DNA of 30,121 nt from a virus (taxonomy: Duplodnaviria; Caudoviricetes): IMG/VR virus record IMGVR_UViG_3300007863_000012, positions 1 to 30,121 of that record; one strand, written 5' to 3'. The translations under genes and the position numbers were made by a program. Positions 7,989 to 16,905 of this stretch are shown one piece after another. Numbering within the stretch: the first letter of the stretch is position 1; each line of letters opens with the position of its first letter. The notes beneath the pieces are model-generated. The model worked only from the letters and a program-made list of their open reading frames with translations, was not told the origin of the DNA and did no database searches.

Positions 7989-10900
7989 ATGGCTGATTTC
8001 AGATTAGGTAGATTAAAGTTTAATTGGACTGGCAACTGGTTAGCTGCCACCGATTACGTCATTGATGATATCGTCAAGTTTGGCGCGAATACTTATGTTG
8101 CGAAAGCAAATCACACTTCGTCTTCTAACGAGACTATGTGGTATTCCCAAGATGCACAATACTGGGATGTACACACAGAAAGTTTAGATAACAAAGGGGA
8201 TTGGCAGGGTAGTGCGTTTTACAAACTTAACGATCTCGTTAAGTATGGCAATACCGTATATCGCGTAACCGAAGCACACACTTCAGACGCAGCAGATTTC
8301 GTAGCAAACGAAAGCAAATTTGAATTGTTTGTTGCTGGTTTAGTATTTGAAGATACTTACGATGCTGCAACTACATATCAACCAGGGGATATCGTATCCT
8401 ATGGTGGTTATACTTATGTTGCAACAGATATTCATTCAGGATCTGCACCTAACCTATTAGTTAGTTGGGAAATCGTTACTACTGGATTTAAAGTAGTTGG
8501 TATTTGGGATGTTGCAACAGCATATAAGCAAGGAGATGTTGTTCTTCTCGGTGGTAATTCTTACGTATCAAAAACAACTAATACTGGACAAAACCCAGGA
8601 TCAAGTGCCGCTGATTGGGACTTCATTGTCGGTGGATTCACTTGGCAAGGTATTTGGGATGTTTCCACTACTTATTATCAGGGAGATGCTGTTGTACGTA
8701 ACAGTAACTCGTATATCGCAGTTGCAGAATCTACTGGCGAAGAACCAGAAACTGATGCTACTGGCACATATTGGAACACCTTGGCAGAGGGTGCCCAAGC
8801 AAATGTTCTGACAGATACTGGAGATATTCTATATCGTGCTGGCGCAGGTGCTGCTCGTCTACCGGTTGGATCAACTGGTCAAGTACTTGCTGTTAGTGAT
8901 GCAGGAGTTCCCCAGTGGGAAAATAACAATGTAACCGATCCTGTTTACTACGTAACCGAAGAAGGTTCTGACACTAACTCTGGAGAAAATATTTCCAGAT
9001 CATTTGCTTCATTAAACTACGCAGTAACTCAAGTTACTGGACCAGCAACCATCTACGTTAAAGCTGGTACTTACTTCGAGACACTGCCTATTGTTGTTCC
9101 CGAGTATGTCTCTATTGTTGGCGACAACATGAGAACATCAACTGTTAAACCAAATGCAGGTCAAAATAGTAACGTTCTTGAATTAACTTTATCAGGAACT
9201 GTTGGAGATGAATATAAAGTAGATGGTTTATTAGTAAGCAATGGTGCTGGCACCAAAACTGCTTATGTTCTTCACACCAAGATTGTTAGTGGTAATGATG
9301 TTATCCAGATTCTACCAGTTAGTGGTGGCGACTGGACGACTACTGATACTTATGAATCAGGAGCATCAGATACTCCTATCGGAATCGTAGACAATGTTCT
9401 TAACGAACATGCAACGTTGTTCTACATGTCCAACAAGACTATGCTGAAGGATCTTGTTATGGATGGTATGGAAGGTTTTGTTCCTTCTGCTACCGACCCA
9501 AAAGATTTAAACACAGCAACAATCAAGGGTGTATTCCTCCGCTTGTGGCCTAACTCACCAACAACCAAGTCACCTTATATCTCACAGTGTTCTGCATTCT
9601 CGCAGGCTGGTGTTGGTGCTATTGTTGATGGTCATGTTCACAAGAAGTGGGAAGGAACTGCAACTCCGTCGAACAAGTCGATGCTGTTTGACTCCTTCAC
9701 CCAAATCCACGAGAGTTGTGGCGTTGGTTTCTGGTTGACAAACAACGGAAACTCCGAAATCGTATCTTGCTTCACTTATTACGCACATATTTCTTACTGT
9801 GCTTCTAATGGTGGTAACATCAGATCTCTGGCAGGTAACTCTTCATGGGGTAACTACGCTATTATATCTTCAGGATTTAACGCAGACGAAGTTACTATTG
9901 ATGGTAAAATTGATGGTGAAGAACTAAACTATCAACCAGAGACACTTTCTGACGTATTCATTGTTGGAGAAAGAATCGAAGGTTTCACCTCTGGTGCAAT
10001 TGCTGAAGTTCTTTCAATACAAATTGGTGCAGCAAAAATTCTAATCAGACCACTGAAAGGAACATTTATTGCTAACGAAACTATCACTGGTGACGATTCC
10101 GCATCAGTTGCTATTTTAGATACAGCAGCAACTTATCAGGATGGTCAGAAAGGATTTACTCTTATTGTTAGAGACCTTGAGGCAGCACCAAAACCTGGTG
10201 GTTCTATTGAATTCATCACTGGTACTGGCGGAGAAGGTGCAGACATCTTCACTTATGTTATTTCCAATTCGTCTTACAAAGTTCCTGATGGAAAAGGCGA
10301 TTTAACTGTTACCAGAGGTGCTTTATCAACATCTTCTGTTGTTCATGATGGTCTATCTGACATTGTTAGATATACAGTTGGCGGTCAAACAACTTTGACC
10401 TCTGCACCTGCTGCTGGCGATACCACACTTGATGTTACAAGTATTTCTGGTATGGTCAACGGTGGATTCCTGATTATTGATGATGAAATGGTTGAAGTTA
10501 CTGGATTCCCAGGACCAACTCAAGTTAGTGTAACTAGAGGAGTACAAACAACAACCGCCGCACCTCATAATGCTGGCGCAGTTGCAACTTCAATTACTGC
10601 ATATAACCCAACACAAACAGAAAACATTGGTGATTTAGACAACTCACAAACTACTATCAGAGTCTATAACGAAGATAGTATTCTTTCTAGTGATTACATC
10701 AGAATTGATAATGAGTTCATGCTTGTTTCTTCATCAGTAGAAGATCCTAATGGTCAAGTAACTCTTATTCTTGCTGAAGAGAAACCCAATCCTTCTTACA
10801 ATGGACAGGACTTCAAGATTAGATACCTCTATTCACAGGTAAGATTGACTGGTCATGATTTCTTGAACATTGGAACAGGAACCAAGACACAGACTAACTT

Positions 10901-11264
10901 CCCCGGTCTACCTATTCAATCACCTGCTCCAGGTAATGAAGTTACAGAGAACTTCCCAGGTCGTGTTTATTATGTTTCTACTGACCAAGATGGAAACTTC
11001 TCGGTTGGTAAATACTTCAAAGTTAACCAGTCAACTGGTAGCACACTTTTGAATGCATCTTCCTTCGATCTGTCTGGTCTATCATCACTTCAACTGGGTT
11101 CTATTGGTGGGCAAATTGGTGAATCTATCACCGAGTTCTCATCAGATATAACACTGTCTTCCGATAGTAATCAAAAAGTTCCAACGGAATCTGCAGTTAA
11201 AGGGTATGTGGATAGTCAATTAGTCAAACTGAAAGGCTATGCTTTCTGGGCAGGTGGAATCTGA
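7989..11264 (+). CDS. Tail fibre/spike-like protein with five CBM5/12-like repeats and a beta-helix-like region
   Basis: AAGGA ribosome-binding site upstream. Five WxxxTxYxxGDxVxxGGxxY repeats, then YYVTEEGSDTNSG...IYVKAGTYFETLPIVVP (entry motif of pectin-lyase-like folds). C-terminal VPTESAVKGYVD fibre motif. Confidence 0.7.
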   Translation: MADFRLGRLKFNWTGNWLAATDYVIDDIVKFGANTYVAKANHTSSSNETMWYSQDAQYWDVHTESLDNKGDWQGSAFYKLNDLVKYGNTVYRVTEAHTSDAADFVANESKFELFVAGLVFEDTYDAATTYQPGDIVSYGGYTYVATDIHSGSAPNLLVSWEIVTTGFKVVGIWDVATAYKQGDVVLLGGNSYVSKTTNTGQNPGSSAADWDFIVGGFTWQGIWDVSTTYYQGDAVVRNSNSYIAVAESTGEEPETDATGTYWNTLAEGAQANVLTDTGDILYRAGAGAARLPVGSTGQVLAVSDAGVPQWENNNVTDPVYYVTEEGSDTNSGENISRSFASLNYAVTQVTGPATIYVKAGTYFETLPIVVPEYVSIVGDNMRTSTVKPNAGQNSNVLELTLSGTVGDEYKVDGLLVSNGAGTKTAYVLHTKIVSGNDVIQILPVSGGDWTTTDTYESGASDTPIGIVDNVLNEHATLFYMSNKTMLKDLVMDGMEGFVPSATDPKDLNTATIKGVFLRLWPNSPTTKSPYISQCSAFSQAGVGAIVDGHVHKKWEGTATPSNKSMLFDSFTQIHESCGVGFWLTNNGNSEIVSCFTYYAHISYCASNGGNIRSLAGNSSWGNYAIISSGFNADEVTIDGKIDGEELNYQPETLSDVFIVGERIEGFTSGAIAEVLSIQIGAAKILIRPLKGTFIANETITGDDSASVAILDTAATYQDGQKGFTLIVRDLEAAPKPGGSIEFITGTGGEGADIFTYVISNSSYKVPDGKGDLTVTRGALSTSSVVHDGLSDIVRYTVGGQTTLTSAPAAGDTTLDVTSISGMVNGGFLIIDDEMVEVTGFPGPTQVSVTRGVQTTTAAPHNAGAVATSITAYNPTQTENIGDLDNSQTTIRVYNEDSILSSDYIRIDNEFMLVSSSVEDPNGQVTLILAEEKPNPSYNGQDFKIRYLYSQVRLTGHDFLNIGTGTKTQTNFPGLPIQSPAPGNEVTENFPGRVYYVSTDQDGNFSVGKYFKVNQSTGSTLLNASSFDLSGLSSLQLGSIGGQIGESITEFSSDITLSSDSNQKVPTESAVKGYVDSQLVKLKGYAFWAGGI

Positions 11265-11271
11265 TACCAGT

Positions 11272-11297
11272 AGAGGGTGTTTATACACCCTCTTTTT
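11272..11297 (+). terminator. Rho-independent terminator
   Basis: Perfect 9-bp stem AGAGGGTGT-ttat-ACACCCTCT followed by TTTT. Confidence 0.85.
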
Positions 11298-11304
11298 ATA
11301 AATA
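11297..11304 (+). promoter_or_regulatory. T4-type late promoter TATAAATA (variant AATAAATA at 11312-11319)
   Basis: Exact consensus sharing the last T of the terminator tail, upstream of AAGGAG and ATG 11350. Confidence 0.8.
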
Positions 11305-11349
11305 ACTAAAGAATAAATATCAAGCTTTTTTCAATAAGGAGAACGTTAA

Positions 11350-11670
11350 ATGGCTTCTGGAGTCCTAGGGCAACAATCCCTGAATGCTACTACAAATACT
11401 ACAGTATATACGACCCCTGCGGACACCGTATCATACGCAAATATTAATGTGGTAAACATTAATGCAGTACCGGTTACTGTTCGCATTGCATTATCAAATG
11501 GTGCTACACCACTAGCAGCAGAGTACCTTGAGTATGAAGCAGAAATCGCTGGTTATGGTGTTCTTGAAAGAACTGGTATCGTCCTTAATGCAGGAAAACG
11601 TCTCGTAGCTTATGCTAACACTTCAAGTGTTACTGTAGCGTGTTACGGTGTAGAAGAATCAACTGTTTAA
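11350..11670 (+). CDS. Small beta-rich virion structural/adaptor protein
   Basis: 106 aa, strong AAGGAG site. Paralogous to the two N-terminal domains of 21170-22339. Confidence 0.7.
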   Translation: MASGVLGQQSLNATTNTTVYTTPADTVSYANINVVNINAVPVTVRIALSNGATPLAAEYLEYEAEIAGYGVLERTGIVLNAGKRLVAYANTSSVTVACYGVEESTV

Positions 11671-11676
11671 TAAATA
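11669..11676 (+). promoter_or_regulatory. Late promoter variant AATAAATA
   Basis: One mismatch to TATAAATA at the gene boundary, upstream of AAGGAG and ATG 11702. Confidence 0.5.
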
Positions 11677-11701
11677 ACAAGTATAAAGGAGCATAAAACC
11701 A

Positions 11702-12028
11702 ATGGGACGTTCTATTAGTACACCTACAGAATCTAGAGCAAGTGTAGCAGTAAATACCACTCACTCAATTTTATCAGGAGAAATTCTTCTTCTTGACACT
11801 TCTGGAGGATCAACTTTCACAGTAACTCTTCCTGCTAACCCAAGAGTTGGAGACAGAGTTAATTTTATTGATGCTGCTGGAAACTGTGGCACAGTCAAGG
11901 TAACTGTTGCTAGAAATGGCAACAAAATTGCCAATATTGCAGATAATTTAGATATTGATATTAAAAATACATCTTTAGAATTGTACTTTACCGGTACTTC
12001 TTACGGATGGTCTATTCTTTCTAACTAA
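11702..12028 (+). CDS. Small fibre-associated protein, single gp34-N-terminal-like repeat
   Basis: LLDTSGGSTFTVTLPANPRVGDRVNFIDAAG...VTVARNGNKI motif typical of T4-like long-tail-fibre proximal repeats; AAGGAG site. Confidence 0.65.
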   Translation: MGRSISTPTESRASVAVNTTHSILSGEILLLDTSGGSTFTVTLPANPRVGDRVNFIDAAGNCGTVKVTVARNGNKIANIADNLDIDIKNTSLELYFTGTSYGWSILSN

Positions 12029-12056
12029 TTAATATTACTAAAGGAGGGATAAACAA

Positions 12057-13046
12057 ATGTCAAGTTTAAGAGATTTATTAGATTTTGCAACAGAAGCAGA
12101 TTTGCCACCAGTTACTGCGTTTGGTCAGGCTGGTATCATGTTTTCTTTCCGAGGGTTGCAATGTGCCCAAGGTAATGCATGTGACAGTTATGAAGGTCAG
12201 AGAATGTGCTGGTGTGTTCCTCCTTTAGGAGGATGCAAACTTCGGGTGGAAATCTGGGGCGGCGGCGGTGGCGGCAGTGGATCGTCATGCCAAGGTTTAG
12301 GATCTACAGGATATGGAGGAGAATATAATAGTAGAATTCTTTGCGCCAGTCAGGTAGGATTAAGTAACTTTGACAACGCATGTTATCTTATGTGCGTTGG
12401 TATGGCAAACTGCTGTGCTAACTGCGAGGGCAGTTGTAAGGGTTGTAAGAGTTATGTAAACGGTCCTGGTCTTTCTAACTTCTGTGCAGAAGGTGGTTAT
12501 GGTGGTAGACAAAATGGTATTTGCTGTGGCAACACCAACCCATTTTGGTCTTGTAAGACGCAGATTTCAAACTGCTGCTGCAGCAACTGCGGATACACAC
12601 CAGCATATTGCTGCTGGCACGAAACAACAAATGCTCCTTTCGACAAATCAGATAGAATAGAGAAAGAAGAAGAAGGTACTTGTTATAATGGCATTACCGC
12701 TGCATATATTCACGGCGATTGCTCTTCACGAGGTTTGGCCGGAAGAAAGCAATTCATCCCAATGCCCGGTGGTTTGATAGGTAAGTATGGTACATATGCA
12801 GCATTTGGTAACCATTGTACCGAGTGTAGTGCTTCTGCTGGTTGTTGGTCTAATTCCGAACCAGAAAGAGCAAATAACAGTGGCGGTATTTTCCCAGGTT
12901 TAGGTAGTAGTTCTTGCTCATGGGGAGGTCCTCCAGGAATGGGAGGAACTGGTAGCAATATGGGATGTTGCTATTGTTGTGTTTGTGGTGGTACAGGTGC
13001 CACTGGAGCCGTTAGGTTCACCATCTATCAATCATCAGGAGCGTAA
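12057..13046 (+). CDS. Cys/Gly-rich putative fibre-tip/adhesin protein, paralog 1
   Basis: 329 aa, about 35 Cys by hand count. Motifs WCVP..EIWGGGGGG and GCKSY..GLSNFCAEGG. AAGGAGG site. Confidence 0.65.
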   Translation: MSSLRDLLDFATEADLPPVTAFGQAGIMFSFRGLQCAQGNACDSYEGQRMCWCVPPLGGCKLRVEIWGGGGGGSGSSCQGLGSTGYGGEYNSRILCASQVGLSNFDNACYLMCVGMANCCANCEGSCKGCKSYVNGPGLSNFCAEGGYGGRQNGICCGNTNPFWSCKTQISNCCCSNCGYTPAYCCWHETTNAPFDKSDRIEKEEEGTCYNGITAAYIHGDCSSRGLAGRKQFIPMPGGLIGKYGTYAAFGNHCTECSASAGCWSNSEPERANNSGGIFPGLGSSSCSWGGPPGMGGTGSNMGCCYCCVCGGTGATGAVRFTIYQSSGA

Positions 13047-13052
13047 TAAGTC

Positions 13053-13964
13053 ATGGCTGGTATTAGAAATTTATTAGGAAAAGAGTTTACCTCTTCTGTT
13101 AGTGGTTTAGGCACAACTTCAGAACCGATCCATGACGGAAAAGTTTTCATATTCATGGATATGAATAGGAACTTTTATTGTGACTGTGCTCAAACTAACT
13201 GTATCAGGAACTGGTGTGTACCATGTGGCGTTACGCGAGTAACGTTTGAACTCTGGGGTGGTGGCGGCGGCGGTGCTGGCGGTTGCTGCTGTATGAGCGG
13301 TATTCCTGGTACTACAGGTGCATATTCCGTCAAGACTTTAAATTATCCTGATATTCAGGGTGGTTATTGTTATGGATTATGTGTAGGAACTGCAACCTGT
13401 CATGATTCTAGTAAACGTGGTTGCCGAGGATGTAAAACTTATATCACCGGAACTGGTCTTTCTAACTTCTGCGCCGATGGCGGATTTGGTGGTTGCACTT
13501 GCTGCGGTATTTGGCAAAATGCATCAAATTATAGTGAAGATAGAATCGACTTCTACGAGGCAGGTGCATGTTTAGGTTGTGGTCCTGCAGCATATGGTGG
13601 AGATTGCAATATTAACGGTAGGGCAGGATTTATTAGATCACAATGTAATGGACCTGGATGCGCTGTAAAAGCGATGCTTCCATACCCACCAAGAATTATC
13701 GATCATAGTGGCGGATGGGCAACTACTTCTTATAAGTGCAACCATTCATGTGGTGAGGATAACCATTGTTACATCAATATGCCGTTCTCTGGAGATCCTT
13801 ATTGCTGTAATTTGGGTATTCCTGGATTTGGTAATGCAAGTGCGATTAGTTGCGGATCCTGCTGTAAGTGTGGTTCGACAGGTCCTGGTGGTATGATCCG
13901 GATCACCTATTGCTCCTGCTGGATGGGAGTCAGCTCGGATTGTTCTCTACATATGTGTAATTAA
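13053..13964 (+). CDS. Cys/Gly-rich putative fibre-tip/adhesin protein, paralog 2
   Basis: 303 aa, about 35 Cys. Motifs WCVPCGVTRVTFELWGGGGGG and GCKTY..GLSNFCADGG. Confidence 0.65.
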   Translation: MAGIRNLLGKEFTSSVSGLGTTSEPIHDGKVFIFMDMNRNFYCDCAQTNCIRNWCVPCGVTRVTFELWGGGGGGAGGCCCMSGIPGTTGAYSVKTLNYPDIQGGYCYGLCVGTATCHDSSKRGCRGCKTYITGTGLSNFCADGGFGGCTCCGIWQNASNYSEDRIDFYEAGACLGCGPAAYGGDCNINGRAGFIRSQCNGPGCAVKAMLPYPPRIIDHSGGWATTSYKCNHSCGEDNHCYINMPFSGDPYCCNLGIPGFGNASAISCGSCCKCGSTGPGGMIRITYCSCWMGVSSDCSLHMCN

Positions 13965-13977
13965 TAGGTTAAAAAAA

Positions 13978-14877
13978 ATGGCAACTAACTTACGAGATTT
14001 ATTAGGTATTCTGTCTACTGGACAGGCTCAAAGCGGTTCAGATCCCGACACCCTATTACCATCATATCCTTTGAAGGACTACAATGTTCAATACATTGGT
14101 CCTGCTGATATTATGCAGGGTGTTGATGAGCCACTCAACAGATCTACAGTAAACCACAATACTTACTACCCAAACTGGACTATCCCTTCAGGAACCACAG
14201 AGGTTCTATTTGAAGCATGGGGTGGTGGCGGTGGTGGTGCCGTTGCTTGCTGCTGTGCTCACGGTCCTGGTGGTGGCGCTGGCGCTTATGTATATAAGAA
14301 AATCCAAGGCGCTGATGTAGTTCCTGGATGCCAATATCAAGTTTGTGTTGCAGAGAATAACTGTAGAACTTCATCCAAAACGGGACGTAGAGGATGTAAA
14401 AGTTTTATTACAGGAAATGGTCTCTCCAACTTCTGCGCCGAGGGCGGATTTGGTGGCTGTATGTATATCCAAGTTCAAGGTTGTACTTGGTTGACGCCAA
14501 GAAGAAATGAATCTCAATGCACTTATGGATGCTGTGCAATATACTATGGTGGTGATGGTGGTGCTGTGGGTCTCCCCGGTGCATATTATGCAATCTGTTA
14601 TATTAACAGATGTCATAACAAGTTCTTCTTCCCATATCCTGGTGGATTGGTAAGTGCTAAAGGAGGATATGTTTCTTCCAGACACCAGTGTGGTTACTGC
14701 AACTGCAACTACTGTGAGTGGTGTGCAGCTAAAAAGACAGTTGGATTTGGTCAAGGCAACGCTTGCTGCTCAAGCGGAGTTCCTGGATTGGGTGGTGTTA
14801 CTGCACATTCTTGCTGTAACGGACCCATCTGTGGATCTGGCGGTCACGGCGGATTGATCCGTATTAGTTACAAGTAA
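13978..14877 (+). CDS. Cys/Gly-rich putative fibre-tip/adhesin protein, paralog 3
   Basis: 299 aa, about 25 Cys. Motifs WTIPSGTTEVLFEAWGGGGGG and GCKSF..GLSNFCAEGG. Confidence 0.65.
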   Translation: MATNLRDLLGILSTGQAQSGSDPDTLLPSYPLKDYNVQYIGPADIMQGVDEPLNRSTVNHNTYYPNWTIPSGTTEVLFEAWGGGGGGAVACCCAHGPGGGAGAYVYKKIQGADVVPGCQYQVCVAENNCRTSSKTGRRGCKSFITGNGLSNFCAEGGFGGCMYIQVQGCTWLTPRRNESQCTYGCCAIYYGGDGGAVGLPGAYYAICYINRCHNKFFFPYPGGLVSAKGGYVSSRHQCGYCNCNYCEWCAAKKTVGFGQGNACCSSGVPGLGGVTAHSCCNGPICGSGGHGGLIRISYK

Positions 14878-14913
14878 TTCGGAATTCCGAATATTTATTT
14901 TACCTATTATTTT

Positions 14914-14921
14914 TATAAATA
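14914..14921 (+). promoter_or_regulatory. T4-type late promoter TATAAATA
   Basis: Exact consensus in the intergenic region, 27 nt upstream of ATG 14949. Confidence 0.8.
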
Positions 14922-14948
14922 CTATCACAAAAGGAATGTATAAAGGTC

Positions 14949-15674
14949 ATGTCTGATATTTCTAAAGCATATTCATATAAGTTACCTGATTCTTATTACG
15001 GTTCAACTTCTGTAGATGGCAATACTGCCACTGCAGTTTATAATGGACCAGCAAAAGGATTTGTTTTTGTTGGTTCGGAGGATGGTCTTCTCCACGCTGA
15101 TGAAGGTTTCCATCCGTGGACAGGAAACCAAGAAGAAAAAGAAGGTATGGAAGTGAGAGCAGGTATTTCACGTAAATTGGTAGTTCTTGATTGTACAACC
15201 AGTGATGATGATACAGTTATTGCTTCTATTTGTCTTGGACAAAATTACTCCACTGATGATTGGAAGACTGTTTCATATACTTTAGATGGTGAATCAGAAC
15301 CATATCATACGGATCCAGATCCTCTTCCTTTTAATGATGTCTTTAATATTGATAAAGTTACTTATAATTTAGAAACAGAATCTTGGAATATTGATGCTAT
15401 TCCTTTTGCATCTTCTCCCATGACTATGGAAGAGCATAAGCAAATGAGAGATGATTTAATTCTACAAGCGCAAGATTTTATTGCTGCTGAAGAGAATGAA
15501 GTGACTGAAGATCAGACTACTGCTCTCAATGCATACATTACTGAACTTCAAAATCTTTACACCAGATTTTCCGGTGTTCATCAAGCGAAAATCGGTTATC
15601 CAGCATGGCCTATTGAGCCAGTTAATAACGAAGATGATCAAGCAGAAGCAGGTGCTGATGTAGGTCCTGGTTGA
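14949..15674 (+). CDS. Acidic protein with C-terminal tail-fibre-assembly-chaperone-like domain
   Basis: C-terminal helical segment EEHKQMRDDLI...NAYITELQNLY...YPAWP resembles the RxxRDxLL...YRQxLRDLP...WP pattern of phage tail assembly chaperones. Directly follows the putative fibre-tip genes. Confidence 0.5.
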   Translation: MSDISKAYSYKLPDSYYGSTSVDGNTATAVYNGPAKGFVFVGSEDGLLHADEGFHPWTGNQEEKEGMEVRAGISRKLVVLDCTTSDDDTVIASICLGQNYSTDDWKTVSYTLDGESEPYHTDPDPLPFNDVFNIDKVTYNLETESWNIDAIPFASSPMTMEEHKQMRDDLILQAQDFIAAEENEVTEDQTTALNAYITELQNLYTRFSGVHQAKIGYPAWPIEPVNNEDDQAEAGADVGPG

Positions 15675-15695
15675 TATAATCAAATAAAAATATAT

Positions 15696-15725
15696 GAGGG
15701 GAGTGGGAAACCACCCCCTTTTTTT
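15696..15725 (+). terminator. Rho-independent terminator
   Basis: GAGGGG(A)GTGG-GAAA-CCACCCCCTT hairpin with a GNRA tetraloop, followed by a T-run. Confidence 0.85.
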
Positions 15726-15729
15726 AGTG

Positions 15730-15737
15730 CCTAAATA
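15730..15737 (+). promoter_or_regulatory. Possible degenerate late promoter (CCTAAATA) for the sugar cassette
   Basis: TAAATA core just after the terminator and 30 nt upstream of ATG 15768, similar spacing to the other late promoters here. Two mismatches to consensus. Confidence 0.4.
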
Positions 15738-15767
15738 ATTATACTTAAATCATTGTAGATTGATTTT

Positions 15768-16892
15768 ATGAGACCTAAATCATTTTTTGTTAATGGCGGT
15801 GCTGGTCGTGTGATCTGTTCGATTCCTGCTTTCGAGAAGTATCAGGAAGATCATCCAGACGAAGACTTTGTAATTGTTTGTGAGGGCGGAAGCGATTTCT
15901 TCCGAGGACATCCTACTTTATACAGCAGGGTTTACGACCACTGGCACAAAAACTTGTTTGAGGATAAACTAAAAGATACTGATATTGTTACTCCAGAACC
16001 TTACAGAGTTTGGGAGTATTATAATCAGAAGTGCAATCTTCCACAAGCATTTGATATCGCTATCAACAACAAAGGAATTAGAGAACTTCCAGATCCTACT
16101 ATTAAATTGACCAGAGATGAAGTGGTCAAAGGTATGATGATCGTTTCGGAAGTTAGGCAGAAAACAAATAAAAAGAAAACAGTTGTCTTCCAACCTTTTG
16201 GTAGAGGAATTCAATCTCAAGGTAACTTAATTTTTGATTCTTCAGGAAGAAGTTTTGAATATTATAATGCTATCTCTATTGTTAAAAGATTACAAAAAAA
16301 ATATTCTGTTATTTGGTTCAGTGAAGTTCCTTTAAATCCTGAAGAAGCAGGTTTGAAAGATACTGTTTCTGTTCCAGCATCTCAAGGTGTGGACCTTCGT
16401 TCATGGGCAGGTATTGTAAAAGAAGCAGATATTTTTCTTGGGTGTGATTCTGTTGGACAGCATTTAGCAAAATCATTTGATACTCCAGCAGTTGTTGTAG
16501 TAGGATCTACGTTTGCTGAAAATATCTCATATCCTGATTATGAAAAATTTGATCTTCTTGATATGGGAGAAGGACAAAGAGTTTATGATCCTATCAGAAT
16601 CACTATGGATGATGAATCATATAGATCAAATGATGGTATCATGGCTATGAATGACAAAGTAGAAGAGGTCATTATTAAATCAGTGGACAAACTGATGAAC
16701 AAGTGGTATAGAAAGCCCGCTCAAGAAGTAATCTTGCCAGAAGAATTTGGTTGCGGAGACCAAGGTTGTGATACTCCACAACAATCAGCTCCAGATCAAA
16801 AGAAAGAAAAACCAAATATTTTTCAAGTTACGCAGGATGCAATTGCATCAAAACCACCAGGGTTTTCCAACTCTGTCAATATTGCAAAATAA
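15768..16892 (+). CDS. Glycosyltransferase family 9-like (ADP-heptose heptosyltransferase-like, GT-B fold)
   Basis: N-terminal NGGAGRVICSIPA (compare GGIGDxxxxxP). C-domain ADIFLGCDSVGQHLAKSFDTPAVVVVGST (compare the GT9 pattern DSGxxHLAxAxxxPxVxLFGxT). Confidence 0.7.
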   Translation: MRPKSFFVNGGAGRVICSIPAFEKYQEDHPDEDFVIVCEGGSDFFRGHPTLYSRVYDHWHKNLFEDKLKDTDIVTPEPYRVWEYYNQKCNLPQAFDIAINNKGIRELPDPTIKLTRDEVVKGMMIVSEVRQKTNKKKTVVFQPFGRGIQSQGNLIFDSSGRSFEYYNAISIVKRLQKKYSVIWFSEVPLNPEEAGLKDTVSVPASQGVDLRSWAGIVKEADIFLGCDSVGQHLAKSFDTPAVVVVGSTFAENISYPDYEKFDLLDMGEGQRVYDPIRITMDDESYRSNDGIMAMNDKVEEVIIKSVDKLMNKWYRKPAQEVILPEEFGCGDQGCDTPQQSAPDQKKEKPNIFQVTQDAIASKPPGFSNSVNIAK

Positions 16893-16905
16893 TTAAGGAA
16901 CTGAA

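Noticed and set aside
12255-14240. GGC/GGT runs as phase-variable simple sequence repeats
   Set aside because: They are mixed-codon, in-frame poly-Gly tracts conserved in all three paralogs, so a protein motif rather than a slippage switch.
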